Assembly: GCA_964016885.1 (NCBI GenBank)
Contig: OZ024745.1
Span: forward strand, 101,060,001-101,124,000
From: Eledone cirrhosa
Lineage: Eukaryota
Length of the DNA stretch: 64,000 bases
Reading direction: 5' to 3'
The position numbers were made by a program, and so were the translations under genes. The notes below the pieces were generated by a model. That model was not told the origin of the DNA. It searched no databases and worked only from the letters and a program-made list of their open reading frames with translations. Positions 26,700 to 41,110 of this stretch are shown one piece after another (positions within the stretch are counted from its first letter, which is position 1; every line of letters begins with the position of its first letter).

Positions 26700-26870
26700 C
26701 AGCTCTTCCAGTGTGTCCCCCTCCCCATCTTCTGGGGAAAGGCTTTCTCTATTCTGCCCACTGGGGTGCATCAGTGTGTCGGCCCCCATTTGCTCATAAT
26801 AGTGAGAGATGGGGAGAGTGGGAGAGACGGAGGCAATGATAGTGGGAGTTTGGTTCCTTTGTGTTCGTCT
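26700..26870 (+). mobile_element. Degraded 3' end of a CRE-like element
   Basis: LFQCVPLPIFWGKAFSIL and cccatttgctca match 2198-2295; a further copy lies on the minus strand at about 41325-41470. Confidence 0.55.
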
Positions 26871-26950
26871 ACAATCATATTCAACATAACTCATATACAC
26901 CTTCTAAAAAAGGTTTGTATGTATATATATATATGTATATATATACATAT

Positions 26951-27063
26951 GTGTGGCTGAGTGGTTAGAGAATTGGATTCGCAATCGTAAGGTTGTGAGT
27001 TCGATTCCTGGACCAGACGATGCGTTATGTCCTTGAGCAAGACACTTTATTTCACGTTGCTCC
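26951..27063 (+). mobile_element. tRNA-Ala-like SINE head (relative of family B)
   Basis: tggctgagtggtt A box, ttCGCaa loop, gttcgattcc B box, then gtccttgagcaagacacttt. Confidence 0.7.
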
Positions 27064-27450
27064 TTCTACCTGGAGATAGATAGTATTAGCAATTGGAAAG
27101 ACCAACGGAAACATTGTTCCCTCGGTCCGATTTGACGAAAGTCGATCGTTCCTTTATATATATATATAAATATATGTGTGTGTGTGTGTCTGTATAGTGA
27201 GTTCCATGAATGGATTTGTACTGAGAAGCATCCAACAAAAACTTTGGTGATATTTGTTTATGTCCTTTATTTTGTGAGTTCAAATATCACTCAAGTTGAC
27301 TTTGTCTTTCACCCTTTTGAGGTCAATTACTGTGGTCAATATAATCAAGTATGTCCTTGACAACAGTGCCTCCTCAGAATGGCCAGTCACATAACTAAAA
27401 CTAATTCAAAATATAATAGTTAATCTATTAAAGTTTATATGTAAAACCTG

Positions 27451-27491
<41 letters not shown>

Positions 27492-27496
<5 letters not shown>

Positions 27497-27923
27497 GATA
27501 TTAACAAATGGAAACTATATTTATAAAACCATATTTATTTCATTATACATATTTCAAGAACACCAAGTTAAATTATGGTGTGCTTTCATTAGATAAAATA
27601 TAATATAGAGCAGTTTTATAAATAAATATTGACATACCCTTAAAGAATGCAGCCATTACTGTTGGAAGCTCCCGTGAGCTGCATTCTTTAAGGGTATGTC
27701 AATATTTATTTATAAAACTGCTCTATACTATATTTTATCTGATGAAAGCACACCATAATTTAACTTGGTGTTCTTGAAATATGTATAATGAAATAAATAT
27801 GGTTTTATAAATATAGTTTCCATTTGTTAATATCGTATTTTTACTCCAATTATTTGTTGAGTGCTTTATATCAGTTATAAAAATATTTGCTTGTTGCATC
27901 CCAACAATTTAAATAGAACTTTT

Positions 27924-27927
<4 letters not shown>
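27492..27927 (+). mobile_element. Fold-back hammerhead element family P2, copy 1
   Basis: 162-bp inverted arms at 27492-27653 and 27678-27839, a 24-nt loop, and a 3' tail to 27927; embedded in (TA)n. Confidence 0.85.
27731..27795 (+). ncRNA. Type-I hammerhead ribozyme motif
   Basis: TATTTTAT-CTGATGA-aagcacacca(...)tggtgttctt-GAAA-TATGTA-TA-ATGAAATA; stem I 8 bp with one G-U. Confidence 0.7.
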
Positions 27928-27986
<59 letters not shown>

Positions 27987-28203
27987 GAAATACTGTTGGC
28001 TTCACGCTCACAATAATTTCTATACTTTCATTTATTTATATATATATATATAACAATATATATATATAATAACAATATATAACCACAATAACAATAAGGT
28101 CTACACTCGCTCCCCACCATCACCACATAACTCATTACACTACCTAAGGTGGCTGATCTGTTGACTTAACATACTGCTAACTCCTTTGATGTATGTATGT
28201 GTG

Positions 28204-28236
<33 letters not shown>

Positions 28237-28259
28237 ATATATGTATGTATATGTATATC

Positions 28260-28917
28260 TCAGTGGATGCGACCAGATTTCAACACAGCAATAACTACAA
28301 CAACAACAGCAGCAACAATACCATTGTCTGTGTTGAATGTGTGTGTATGTATATGTGACTACAATAACAGCAACAACACGATTGTCTGCAGCATCAATGA
28401 AATGAAGAAGAACAACAACAACGACAGCAGCAACAGCAACACCACCACCACCACCACCACCATTGTCTGTGTTGAATGTGTGTGTATGTATGTATTTATA
28501 TATATGCAACTACAATAACAGCAACAGCACCATTGTCTGCAGCATCAGTGAAATGAAGAACAACAATGGCGGCGGCGCAGCAGCAGCAACTACAATAACG
28601 ACAGCAACAACTGCCACCACCACCACCATCACCATCCACCACCTTTACCACCAAAACCACCATCACTGGCACCATCCACTACCACAACCACCACCATCAC
28701 TGGCACCATCCACCACTACTGCCATCCACCACCACAACCACCTCCATCACTGCCATTCACCACCATCCACCACCTTCACCAGCACCACTACTACCACCGC
28801 CACCATCACTAGCATCATCCACCACTATCGCCACCACCACCACCATCACTGACACCATCCACCACCTCCACCACCATCACTGACACCATCCACCACCATC
28901 ACCATTCACCACCACCA
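28260..28917. repeat. Low-complexity (CAA/CAG/CAC)n region with a ~140-bp tandem duplication
   Basis: ccattgtctgtgttgaatgtgtg...cagcatca(a/g)tgaaatgaagaa occurs twice (about 28321 and 28460), followed by a (CAC)n tract. Confidence 0.85.
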
Positions 28918-29224
28918 GTGTAAAGCAAACAATTATTATTATTATATAAAAACTGAACTGGACTGGGAAAAGTCAACAGTTGACATGATTTTGATATTGT
29001 ATCAGTACTGCTAGTAATATATATATATATATATATATGTGTGTGAGTGGTGTGTGTGTTTGTATGCATGTGTGTTTGTAGTTTGTATGCATGAGTGTTG
29101 GTGTTGGTGTGTGAGTGTGTGTGTGTGTGTGCGCGTCATGTCAATAAGTGTTTTTTTTGTCTATTTGTTATGACCATGCTGTAAAATGGAGAGGTAGAGA
29201 GGGCCCTTGAGGCTAGTAAGACAT

Positions 29225-32069
29225 CCTCTCTAGTGCTGGTGGCACAAATAAAAGCACCCAGTCCATGCTGTAAAGTGGCGCTGGTGTTAAGAAGGGCATC
29301 CAACTAGTGCATCAATGCCAAAACGTTTATCAGCACAGCAACAAATAGGAACAACAACAAAATATGAAGACGTCGCATCTCAGAGTTGCAACACTTAATG
29401 TTGGCACTCTCAGAGGTAGATCTGCTGAAATAGCGGAGATGCTGGAGAGAAGGCATGTGGATGTGTGCTGCATGCAAGAGGTGAGATGGAGAGGTGCCTC
29501 TGCAAGACTAGTCGTAGGCAAACATCTTAGCTATAAGCTTTTCTGGGTAGGTAAGGATGATGGGTTAGGGGGAGTAGGCACTTTCCTGGCTGAGAGATGG
29601 ATCAATAAGACAAGAGAGGTAGTTCGAGTTAGTAATCGAATAATTAAGCTTAGATTAGTTGTAGGCAGGAGACTACTGACAATCATCTCTGCCTATGCTC
29701 CTCAAGCAGGCCTAGGCAAAGATGAGAAAGACTGCTTTTACGAGCAAATTTTACAAACAACCGTAATGACAGAGGACAGAAACATCGTTATGCTAGCAGG
29801 GGACTTCAATGGTCATGTTGGACAGCTCCCGGATGGTTACACTGGGGTACATGGTGGGCACGGTTGCAGCTCAAGAAATGAAGAAGGAGTGAGACTTCTT
29901 GAATTTTGTGATGCAAGTACACTGACTATTTGCAACACAAACTTCCAGAAATCTGCCAATCACCTACAAATCTGGCAAGCACATAAGCCAGATTGACTTC
30001 TTACTAGTTAGGCAGCAGGACAGGCAGATAGTGTCTAATACCATGGCATACCCTGGGAAAGAATGTACCCCACAGCATAGCTTAGTCGTTAGTGATATCT
30101 CAGTAAGCAAGAGATAGAATGAGACATACAGGAAGGTGTAGAAAAGAAAGGTCTGGAAGCTAAAAGACCTTTCACTAAAATACAAATTTAGGAAAGCCCT
30201 TCAAGATGTATATGATGAAAAAGAAGACGATTTAGAGACATATGACATAGATAATAACTGGAATTTCTTACGTGACCACTTGCTGCAGGCTACTGATGAA
30301 ACTTGTGGCTGGAGCAGAGCTCCAACCAGACAGAGAGTGACCTGGTGGTGGAACAGCACAGTAGATAAGGCCATTAGAGACAAAATACTAGCATGGAAGG
30401 CTTGGAAAAAGGGTGGGAGTAGGGAAGAATATACAGCCGCTAAGAGAGAAGCTAGACGTCAGGTGTACTTAGCACGTGGGGAGGCTGAAAGTAGGAGGTT
30501 TGCCAATGTTCTGCGACGGGAAGATCAGAGGCGTGCGGTGTTCCACATTGCAAGGCTGGTGCAGCAGTATTCTCATAAATTGCTACAAAGGTAAAGGGGA
30601 TGCTCTGGAGAGGAGCAATTATAGGGGTATAAAACTGATGGATCAGGTTATGAAAGTGGCAGAAAGGATATTAGCACAACTAATTAGAGAAAGGGTCAAA
30701 CTAGATGAGATGCAGTTTGGTTTTGTGCCTGGGAAGAGTACAACAGATGCTCTCTTCTTGGTGAGACAATTGCAAGAGAGGTTCTTAGAGAAAAATAAGC
30801 CACTATACTTAGCCTTTGTTGACCTAGAGAAGGCCTTTGATAGGGTACCCCGATCTGTCATCTGGTGGTCCCTAAGGAAACGAGGTGTTGAGGAATGGCT
30901 TGTGAGGACAGTGCAAACTTTGTACAGAGGTACTGTCAGTAAAGTCAGGGTAGGAATGGAGTTTAGTGAGGAATTCCAGATACAAGTAGGAGTACATCAA
31001 GGTTCGGTCCTCAGCCCGCTCTTGTTCATTATAGTCCTCCAAGCCATAACAGAGGAGTTTAAGACTGGCTGTCCATGGGAACTTCTCTATGCTGACGATC
31101 TGGTTCTTATAGCAGAATCAGTAGAGGAACTAGAGAATAAATTCTGGCTATGGAAACAGCAGTTGGAAGCAAGAGGACTGAGAGTGAACCTAGCTAAGAC
31201 AAAAGTGTTGATGAGTTGAAAAGAGGACAAAACTCTGATTCCGTCAGGGAAATGGCCATGTTCGATATGCAGAAAAGGAACTGGCATAAATTCTATAAAA
31301 TGCACACAATGCAGATCCTGGGTACACAAGAGATGTAGCGGGATAGCAGGCAAACTAACAGGTAGGGAGAAATATGTATGCAGTAGATGTACAGGGAAAT
31401 TAGACAGTAGAAGCCGCATTGATAGACACATTTTTCAAATGCAGGAGGGTGCTATAGAAGTGGTGGATAGCTTCCGGTACCTAGGAGATCAGATTAGCAT
31501 GGGAGGAGGGTGTTCCGAGGCCATAGTATCTAGAATAAGGACGGGTTGGAAGAAGTTTAGGGAGCTGCTTCCTCTGCTGATGAAGAAGGGTTTCTCCCTG
31601 CGTATGAAAGGCCAGTTGTATGATGCCTGTGTGAGGAGCGTGATGCTGCATGGTAGTGAGATATGGGCAGCAACTGCAGAGGATATGCTGGAGAGAAATG
31701 AGGCAAGCATGCTCCGTTGGATGTGCGTGAATGACCCAGCATAAATGTGTTGAGAGAGAAACTGTGTCTGAGAGGGAGAGAATGTCGTGTACGGGAGAGG
31801 AGACTGAGGTGGTATGGACATGTGATGCGCATGGAGGATGACCGATGGGTGAAGAAGTGCCAGGAAATGCCAGTTGAAGGAAGACGTGGTAGAGGTAGAC
31901 CACGAAAAACATGGGCGGAGGTGGTGAGGACAGACCTCAGATTGGTGAAGCTCACTGTGGAGATGACGAAGGACTGTGGTGAGTGGAGAGATGCTGTGCT
32001 GAATAAGACCCGTCCCACCCTTGCGAGCAGGGAAGAGCGGACGTAAAATGATGATGATGATGATGATGA
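29225..32069 (+). mobile_element. RTE-type LINE, near full length, disrupted (APE + RT + PHD-like finger)
   Basis: APE motifs (TLNVGTL, CMQE, SAYAPQ, GDFNGH), RT motifs (QFGF, FVDLEKAFD, QGSVLSP, LYADD), RGRPRKTW C-terminus and (GAT)n tail. Has frameshifts, stops and an internal deletion near 30555. Confidence 0.95.
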
Positions 32070-32227
32070 TATATCAATATTTTAATATAGGTGCAATACT
32101 TGATAATTCTGGCACCTTTGATCCAAACAGACTAGCAAAATGGATAATTCAGCCTAACAGAATTCATGTCATAATAATTCCAGATAAAATCTTAGGAGAC
32201 TCTTGCCATATTATTGCTCAAAGTTTA

Positions 32228-32990
32228 ACATCCATTTTTTTCCATGCTAGCATGGGTTAGACGTGTTGTCTCATTTTGAGACAAGTCAGATCAGGTGACC
32301 ATGTCTTGCTCATACAGAACTGTTTCTGGTTTCTACAGCTGAAGGCCCTTCCTAATGCCAACCACATTTACAATGTGTACTGGGTGCTTTTTGTCATGAC
32401 ACCTACATGACTACTTTGTAATGTGGACTGGACACTTTTTGTCATGACACCAACATGACCACTTTACAGTGTGGGCTAGGCTGCTTTTGTTGTGATACCT
32501 ACACGGCCACTTTTCAGTGTGGGCTGCGAGAGCTTCATGTGGATTGGGGAGGTAGATCTAGGAATGTTAGTGAGGGGTGGGGTGTTATGGCATGGGAGGT
32601 GAAGGTGCATACTAGAAGTATTCTCCAGCCAGTGCACAGGAGAAGCTGGGTCTTCTGTATTACTGTATAATGCCAAAGATCTGTCCTGTCATCGCATTTG
32701 AGAGGTGCAATTGTGCAAGGTCAGCTTTTATCACCTTATCCCAAGTCTTTCTGGGTCTTCCTACTCCATAGCTTTGTCAACTTTGAGCACTCTGCACCTT
32801 TTTATACATCTGTCATCTTTCATATATATCACATGTCCACACCAATGTAATCTCCTCTCTTTCACACTGCATCTGATTCCTCTTATGCCCAGTTCTTCTC
32901 GCAGTTCATTTATGCTTTGTTGTTCATGTATATTACTATTACACATCCATTGAAGCATGCAAACTTCTTTTCTTTCCAATTTTTGCAGGC
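32228..32990 (-). mobile_element. RTE-type LINE 3' fragment (family of 56940-60226)
   Basis: MLQWMCNSNIHEQQSINELREELGIRGI...RRLHWCGHV, plus a 3' UTR with repeated cactgtaaagt/ggtgtc units. Confidence 0.85.
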
Positions 32991-33901
32991 TTAACTATAC
33001 TAATAAATGGGTACACATATTCTGACACTTGTACAGAGTTTGGAAGATATAGCTGGAGATAAATGGAAGCAAAATAGGCTAATTCACCAACATTGCAGCA
33101 ACCATTGATATCTAGATGGTTAGATAATTGCTAATGACACATAGTGTTGTCTGTAGCTATCCAGTAAAATGGTATGGTGGATTGTAAAAAATTCAAGTAT
33201 TCACTCATAATCAATCCTGGATTTAAAGAGTTTCCAGACCATTAGTTGTCAGAAATTTGATGTTATATCTGCATATGAAACAATATTTTGTTGTTATCGG
33301 CATGCATCTGTCCTATCTCACCTCAGATGAATAGAATATCTCATAACTTTGCTATAAAAAAAAATATATATTTTATATAATTTAATAACAATAAAGTTTC
33401 TTTCTGCTTCATCACTCATTTAACTGTACAACCACACAGCAACTGCTAGCTAAATCACAAATATGTTTTTTTATTCTCTTTGCCTTGTCTCACACTGCTT
33501 GCAATAGCTAGCTTTATACTCTTCACCAAGGCGTATTAGCTTTTTCTCTTCCCATCACTCTTACTGAATCACACCTTCAAGATCCTGCTCAAAACTGTCA
33601 TTCCTCTACTGAACTAAAAACCTCTGGAATTTCCTAATCCACCATCTATACTTTTCATACCTGCATTTCTCGACAGATGTTCAAACTACATATGAACTAG
33701 GTAAATCTCCAATGACCTACAAAGATCATGAGTACTGGCTTCTCTTTCTCTGACTAATAATAGTAAGAAATAATAGTAATAATAATTGTTTAATAACTAA
33801 TAATAACTAATAATAACTAATAATGACGAATAATAGTAAGAAAATATTGATTGAAAATATTTGTTTGAAATAAAAAATGTAACATTTCACATCTTCTTTA
33901 A

Positions 33902-34312
33902 CCTTTTGTTACCATATTTCTAAAGTAAAATACTGTCTATGCTTTTTAACCCTTTAGCATTTTAACTGGCCATATCCAGCCAGAATTCTCTCATCTCTTT
34001 CTGTTCAAACCGGCAGTAACTGGTTGCTCATACTTATGTTAAGGTATTGTTCTCAAAATAAATAATATCAAAATCTCATAGATTCGATATTATGTGAGAT
34101 AATTATGTACGATAAAGCCTTACTAGAAAAATACAATAGTATATACAGAGTAATGTCAATGGTAAAGGGTTAAATAATTTTGAAAATAATCAAGGATTAT
34201 TAACCTGGAGTTTGAAACAAAATTTAAATGTTCTCACATTTAACTATGCACACATTAAGCAGTTTGTATTGTAGAAACGGGCATGGTTTCAGGCAATTTA
34301 GTATCAAAAGGG
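33902..34312. mobile_element. Nested TTAA MITEs (inner 33950-34169 within an outer element)
   Basis: Inner TTAA|ccctttagc...taaaggg|TTAA; outer ends ttaa|ccttttgttacc and gtatcaaaaggg. Confidence 0.6.
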
Positions 34313-36341
34313 TTCAAGTATTAATCATCATTTTTACTTATTAAATGCTGCATTGCAAACAAATATTAGAAAACCCATACAAGGGCAAAAATATTGCAAG
34401 CAAAAAAGGAATATGAACAACTTGTACTGTAATTTTTCTTTCTATATTTAATGAGGAAGCATTGTGAATACATGTAGGATGAAGTGGCCGTTTCTGTCTT
34501 GTCTATCTTGAAGTATAGACTAATAGAATAGAGTGCTTTTGCTAAAAGGGCTTTTATTTGCTAAAATAAGACAATCCCAAATGATATGTCAATTGTAATT
34601 ATACAACATTAGAATATTTTAAGTAAATGGAATGCAAAATTCTGAAGCCTGAAACTACATACTGCAACTTTTACCTAAGTAATTATGTGACAGCATTTTG
34701 TAATAGGTATGCCATCAAAAATATTACCTACCTACTATTTTTATTTCACGAGACTGCAGTCTCTAACAAAACATTCTTTATAGATATTTTAACATTAAAA
34801 GTCTACACAATCTATGTTCACAACTACTTCTAATGTAATTGAATTTGATAACAAGATTTCCTAAGTGATGCCCCAGAAATGTAGGGAATACTGAAAACTA
34901 CAGTGAGAAGAGTCATTTATTAGTTATCATAGTTTTAGAATATATCCTCACTGAGCTGAAATAAGATATTAAAATAGAATTTCCATTTGCTAGGTTCTAT
35001 TTTTGAAGAGAAAAGCAGAATTTGATTAATATTCCTCAAACTAGCACCTATACGAATTATATAGATTTACAGTGTGAAGTTATGATCCATATAAAATCAA
35101 CTACAGAAAGTGCAACAGAAGCCAGTGTAGGAGTTCTATATAGTCACATACCTTGTTAGAAATATCAGTCAAATCTCCCTCAAATTATGCACTAATACAT
35201 TGAAAAGAGAAGGACAAATTAAATACTGCAGTCTAAAAATATATTTTATTATAGATCTGTTTGGTCAAGTTTCATTTGGGATTACAAACAATATCAGCTC
35301 AGATACTTGTGAGTATAGAAATTATTGATAAATCCAAGATGTGGCAATAGTTACTTCTCATGTGTATACATATATGGCTACATACAATAAGTATGTAAGG
35401 AATATTTCAATACAACTCTCTGCCATCTTAAATAATAGATTGACACATAAGAGAATCCTGTTCTACAAAATCATAGAAACACAAAATAGTCAAGATTTGA
35501 ATAATTTTGTTCAGAGGTCTACTGAATCAGGGTTGACATAGAACTAAACAACAACTGAAACTACACATTTTCAGTTCAGACTAGGTAATTCCTGAAAGTA
35601 TACCAAAAATCTAAACAAATAGACCACAGCAAAATACAACTGGTAACTGAGAATCTTCTGTTCTATAAGTGAAACTGAAATAGTCACAGAATAGCATTTA
35701 TATTTACTACTCTATCTCCTTTACACGTCTCAATCAGTCATTTATTGCTGGTGTTTCATGTAGTGAAGTCTGGTAATGATACAGCTGTGATAGGCTATGT
35801 AGGAAGATTTTACAAATCACTTTGTAGATCTCAATATTGTTTACAAGGTGTAACTATTTAAATATAGCAGAAAACTGAATAAATTGTTACTGACTCTAGT
35901 AAATTTACAAAATATTCTAGCATTTAACATCTATTTTCCACACTAGCATGGGTTGTTTTAAATCCTTAGCAAATATACTCTTAGAGTACAAGAAAAAATA
36001 TTAAGACCTGTTAGATATATAAATGTATAAGTTAATGTTTGGTTGGATAGTAAATGTGTACAATTTTGTATAAATGAAACTGTCCTTGGTTTTATGACAC
36101 ACAGCTGTTTATTTTAAAGTGTTTCTATTTATCTAAAAATTACCATCATGATTTTATGTAAGAAACTTTGTTAAGCTATGTTCCGAAAAACCAGCTTAAT
36201 ACTGGAAAAGTTAGTTATACTAATCCTTGATTATTTTCAAAATTAATCAAAAAGCATAAAAACAGTCTTTCATTAGAAATGTGAAAGCTGTTTTCTTCCA
36301 GTGTTGAGGACATGGATAAGGTATGAAGTAGTGTGCCCCTC

Positions 36342-36654
36342 CAGGGCTGGATTTAATGGGGGGAGGAGGGGGAAAAGGGGAGAAATGCCCCTTCTCCCCT
36401 GCAGTGGGGAGCCCCACCAGCAACGGCCATAGCAATTTATTTGTGCCCTCAGCTGGTCTTTTTAGTTTTAGGACGGTTTGAAATTTTTATCTAAAACTTG
36501 TATGTATAACTTTTCAATTCCAATTACTTGCACCAAGCTACATTTGATATGTATAATTGGGGGGGGGGGGGGATTCTAATTTTCTGTATACAAAGGGTCC
36601 TTCCAAACGTGAAGCGACCTCCCCCCCCTCCCCCAAGGTCTAAATCCAACCCTG
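36342..36654. mobile_element. hAT-type MITE
   Basis: TIRs cagggctggattta and taaatccaaccctg; 8-bp TSD tgcccctc / tgctcctc. Confidence 0.75.
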
Positions 36655-38724
36655 TGCTCCTCACATCACTGTAGACAGTAGGTAACCAGCTTGTATTCAG
36701 TATTCAAGATTTGTCAGTCAAAATATCATATATCGGTCAATTTCACAACAAACTTAATCCTAGTGGCTGTACAGAAATGCTAAAATATAATTTGGGATGC
36801 TACTTATAAGGGAGAGGACTTTATTATATATATTCTGAAACTCTTTATTTCATTTTCTTTTTTTATTTTGGTTGACTTCTACTCAATTCTAATGTATGTT
36901 AGCTTGCTCTTACAAATGATAGTAAAATGATTCTATCATAATTCAACATTGGTAAATAAATTCTATAGAAATACTGAGAACTGAAGAAATATATAATCAA
37001 ACATTGAACAAAACAAAACTGAAGAGATCAATATTTAATTGTATCTAGTTTATATATACTCTTCTTCAAGAAATATATTATAAGTGCCTTGTAAGTAGCA
37101 TAGGGACTGATGAAGTCTCTGAGTGAAGGAAAGATTATAGTGCTAAACTGACAGAACTGTTAGCAAACATTGGTATCTTTTCTCAAAGAGTAAAAAAATA
37201 AAAATAAAATAGAGGCAACATAGTTGCAATATCTATGTGAATAAAGTCATTCGTGTAGTTTTTCTGAAAGTTAAGGTGTCAGTCTGTTTGTCTGTGTGCC
37301 TCTCCCTCCTTCCCTCATTTTTGTAATTTTATTTAGTTATTTATTTATTTATATATTTTAGTAAATGGAAGTATTTCTAAAATAAAGCTTCTGATAGTAG
37401 TGTTTAACAAAATTATAAGAGAAGAAAAAATATCAATTGAAAGCAAAATCAAAATGTGTTGAAACAACATTAGCAGATGTAAATAAAGTATTCAAGAAAT
37501 TGTTAATGCTTGAACTGCATAAATGAATGACTCACAGATATACAGCAGCAACATAACAATTTTGAATGAAATAAATAAACAGTTTGAAGCAAACAAGAAA
37601 CTTTTTTCTAAAGAAGAAATATGAAACAGAACAAAATATGAATAGGAATGAATTGTAGTTATAAAAAGGAAACAATATAAGCAAAAGGGAAGGGTAATAA
37701 TTGCTGAATGGACAAGAATAGTGAGAAGTCTTAGAATAAAGTTAACTCAGTTTCAGTTGCTGAGTTAGATGATATATTAAGTATAATTTAATGATACAGA
37801 AGTATAAAAGCAACATCAACATTATACACTGATTTGGTTTCTTGGCTTCAGGGAGAAAAACACTGTACAGATATGTCTTCCTGTATCATTTGCAGGCTAG
37901 AAATTTTAAATCTGGCATGGAAATCAATAGTATATTTGATAACATCATTATTAAATAGAGTAGAAAACTGCATTGAGAGGTGTTTTTGTGTGTGAGTGAG
38001 TGTTTGTATGTGTGCATGAGTGTGTGTGCATGAGTGAGTGAGAGTGAGTGTGTGTGTGAATGAGTGTGTATGTGTGAATGAGTGTGTGTGTGTGTTGCTG
38101 CCATATTTAATATTTACATGATTTTCATTTGTTACAATTTTAATATGTTCCGGTTCATTATTTGTAACTTTTCGAATTATTATTTACATTAAAATAGTGG
38201 TATGGCAGAATTGGGAGAAAGCCAGACATATGCAATGTGGTACTTAGGTACATCTTGGTGTTCAAAGTTCAAATCTTATAAGAGTTAACTTTGCTTTCTA
38301 CCCTACCAATATTAGTAAAACAAGTACCAGTAATATACTAGATTCAATTCACTTTTTCCTTTCCTAAAAGGTGAGATTTTGGGAAAATGTTAGAAATTAC
38401 TATCATTAGGTTTTGTTGTTTTAGGAGTTCTAGGAATTTGAAAGACTTGAGTAAGTACCACAATTATATCCAAGTAAGAATTTTGGTGCCTCTGACACTT
38501 CTGGTCTCCTTATTCCCCATTTCAGGATTTATATTGAAAAATGTAAATGTGGTTGGTATCAGGAAGGGCTTCCAGCTGTAAAAAAAAACCTGCCAGAGAG
38601 ACTTCTGTATGAGCGAGACAGTCTCCCAACCATTCCCACATCAAATGGAACAAAAACGTCTAACCCATGCTAGCGTGGAAAATGGACGTTAAACGATGAT
38701 GATGATCATCATCATTTATTATTA

Positions 38725-39435
38725 TCATGGCAGTGGACTGACAGTATCGGTAGACACCATGTTTTGCAGCATAGAGTTATGGCCCTTTACGTTCTGAGTT
38801 GAAATCCCGCCGAGGTTAACTTTGCCTTTCATCCTTACAGGATCAATAAAATAAAGCACCAGTAATGCACTGGGATAATTGCTGGCCTTGTGCCAAAAGT
38901 AGAAACAATTATTTGTTATCATATTCAATATATATCATCATTAAACTTCTATACATTTTTTCAAGCTGGTATGCCAGCATGGGTTGAATGAGACTTTTTG
39001 AGGCAAAATTTTACTTTACAACTGCATGCCCTTCCTTATGCTAATCCTTTGCAGCATTTATTCCTGCTGTTTATGTTCTGAGTTCAAATCCTGCAGAGGC
39101 CAACTTTGCCTTTCATTCTTCCAGAGTTCAATAAAGTACCAGTCATGAACTGGGTCCGATTTAACCAACTTTCCCTCCCACCCTGACATAGCTGGCTTTG
39201 TGCCTATATTAAAAACCATTATTATTGTTATTATTGGATTGGCAGTATCGGTAGAGGGTCGGACGCCATGCTTTGACGCATAGAGTTACGGCCCTTGCCA
39301 TTCTGAGTTCAAATCCCGCCGAGGTTAACTTTGCCTTTCATCCTTACGGGGTCGATAAAATAAAGTACCAGTAATACACTGGCCAATTGCTGGCCTTGTG
39401 CCTAACGTAGAAACCATTATTACTATTATTATTAT
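38725..39435 (+). mobile_element. Cluster of SINE family A copies
   Basis: Full copies at about 38728-38912 and 39239-39435, with a degenerate copy at about 39060-39235. Confidence 0.8.
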
Positions 39436-40172
39436 AGTATTCATTATAAATTTGGCTCTTAATATCTTAATAATTATTTTATATTATTTTTTTTATCTCA
39501 CAAACACAAATGAAATTGATTTTGAAAATTTGTGCACCTGTAATATTGGTGGAATAATACATTTCTTATTTTCTTTTAATAAAGGGATAAGTTTTCTAAC
39601 CATTAATTAATTCCCAGGCAGCTAAACAGGATGCAGGCCATAGTGAAGCTTGTTAGTTAGGCAATCAAAAGCACAGCAGGAGTTATTTACCTTGCTAACA
39701 AGTCTATTATAGAAAGTTACATAATATAATTACAATAGACTTTGGAGATTAATATAATTTGCTACCGGTGACAACTCACACAAACAAAGAAAGAATGGGA
39801 TTATTATTAAAATCTCTATAATGTATAGTTTATATTAAATCGGGTAATATCCAGAGAGTGCAAAGCATGTAAACATCTTTATTGTAAAAGAAACAGTTTT
39901 CCACAAAAATGAACATTGAATATGATAGAATGAGGTAGTTAATTGAATCGAGAAGGTAAAATGTTATTTTAATAGACTTGTGTTTGTGTTATAGAGGATA
40001 AAAATCAATAAAGGTTATGTTCAGAATCACAGACAATCTGAACAAACTCTTTGATGTTAGATGTCCAATTCTGAAGAATTTAGTCACCACTCATTAGATA
40101 TATATACATATGTGTAGATGTATATATATATATGGTGTGTGTGTGTGTATATACATGTACACTTATTATATA

Positions 40173-40212
<40 letters not shown>

Positions 40213-40718
40213 AGAAAAGCTTTGAAGTCAAACAGATTGACATATCTTTGTAGCTGATAGACATTACATTTTATACATTAAAGAGATTTGGAAAACAAGA
40301 TTAAATAGTCATGAGATGAAATGAAGTTTCATGAAGAGAACATTAGCCTTAAATACTTAAAGGCGAAATGTGAATATTTTCATAAGACTTGTTTCCCCCA
40401 AATACTTTTGGAATGAGAAAAGCTTTTATCTATATATCTCAATATTGACTTAATCTTCAGATTGAAAAGAAAACTTAAGAATCAAATATATCGGATGTTT
40501 TCCAAAGAAAAAGTAAACAGCCCAGTACTAGTGTAAGAACATGGAAAGAATGATAAATAATTATATACAATATCTACCTGTGTTGAAGGTAGATGGGAGC
40601 AAGACAGGAACTCTAAAGGTAATTTGGGATGTACAAGCTGAACTAAAATTATACAGGGTGTGCAGTGAAAAATATGTACAAAATCATGCAAGAATGAAAA
40701 ATTAAAGTAATGCAAGAC

Positions 40719-41110
40719 TTTACGGCAGTGAAATGTGGGCTATTGACAAAGTGTTATGCAAGAAACTTGACGGATGTTACACGAGGATGTTGAAAATGGC
40801 TCTCAACATTTCTTGGAAACAGAAGCTGACAAATAAAGAACTATACAGATCACTACCACCAGTCTCTGACAAATGAAACTGGCTGAACACTGCATCCGTC
40901 ATCCAGGTGAGATAGCATCACAACTTGTGCTCTGGAAACCGGCGGTCGGGCGAAGAAGCGTGGGAAGACAGGCTATCTCATTCATTGATACCCTGCTGAG
41001 AGATGCCAACATGGATAACATCGACTAACTGAGAAATGTCATGCTTGACCGGGACGATTGGAGAAAGCGTGCTGAATCTTTGAGAGTGTAAACTTGGTCG
41101 AAGAAGAAGA
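40719..41110 (+). mobile_element. RTE/RTEX-like LINE 3' fragment
   Basis: YGSEMW...KLDGCYTRMLKMALNISWKQKLTNKELY...GRRSVGRQ...MLDRDDWRK, ending in (GAA)n. Confidence 0.8.

Noticed and set aside
26951-27025. tRNA-like sequences here and at 60782, 61902 and 39239
   Set aside because: No complete cloverleaf or acceptor stem, and they run into SINE bodies; they are SINE heads, not tRNA genes.
27492-27839. Interpreting the palindromes as ordinary MITEs
   Set aside because: The family-specific tail lies outside the inverted repeat on one side only, the centre varies between copies, and ribozyme cores are present.
28177-28852. Poly-Thr/His/Asn ORFs
   Set aside because: Trinucleotide low-complexity repeats with no domain or splice support.
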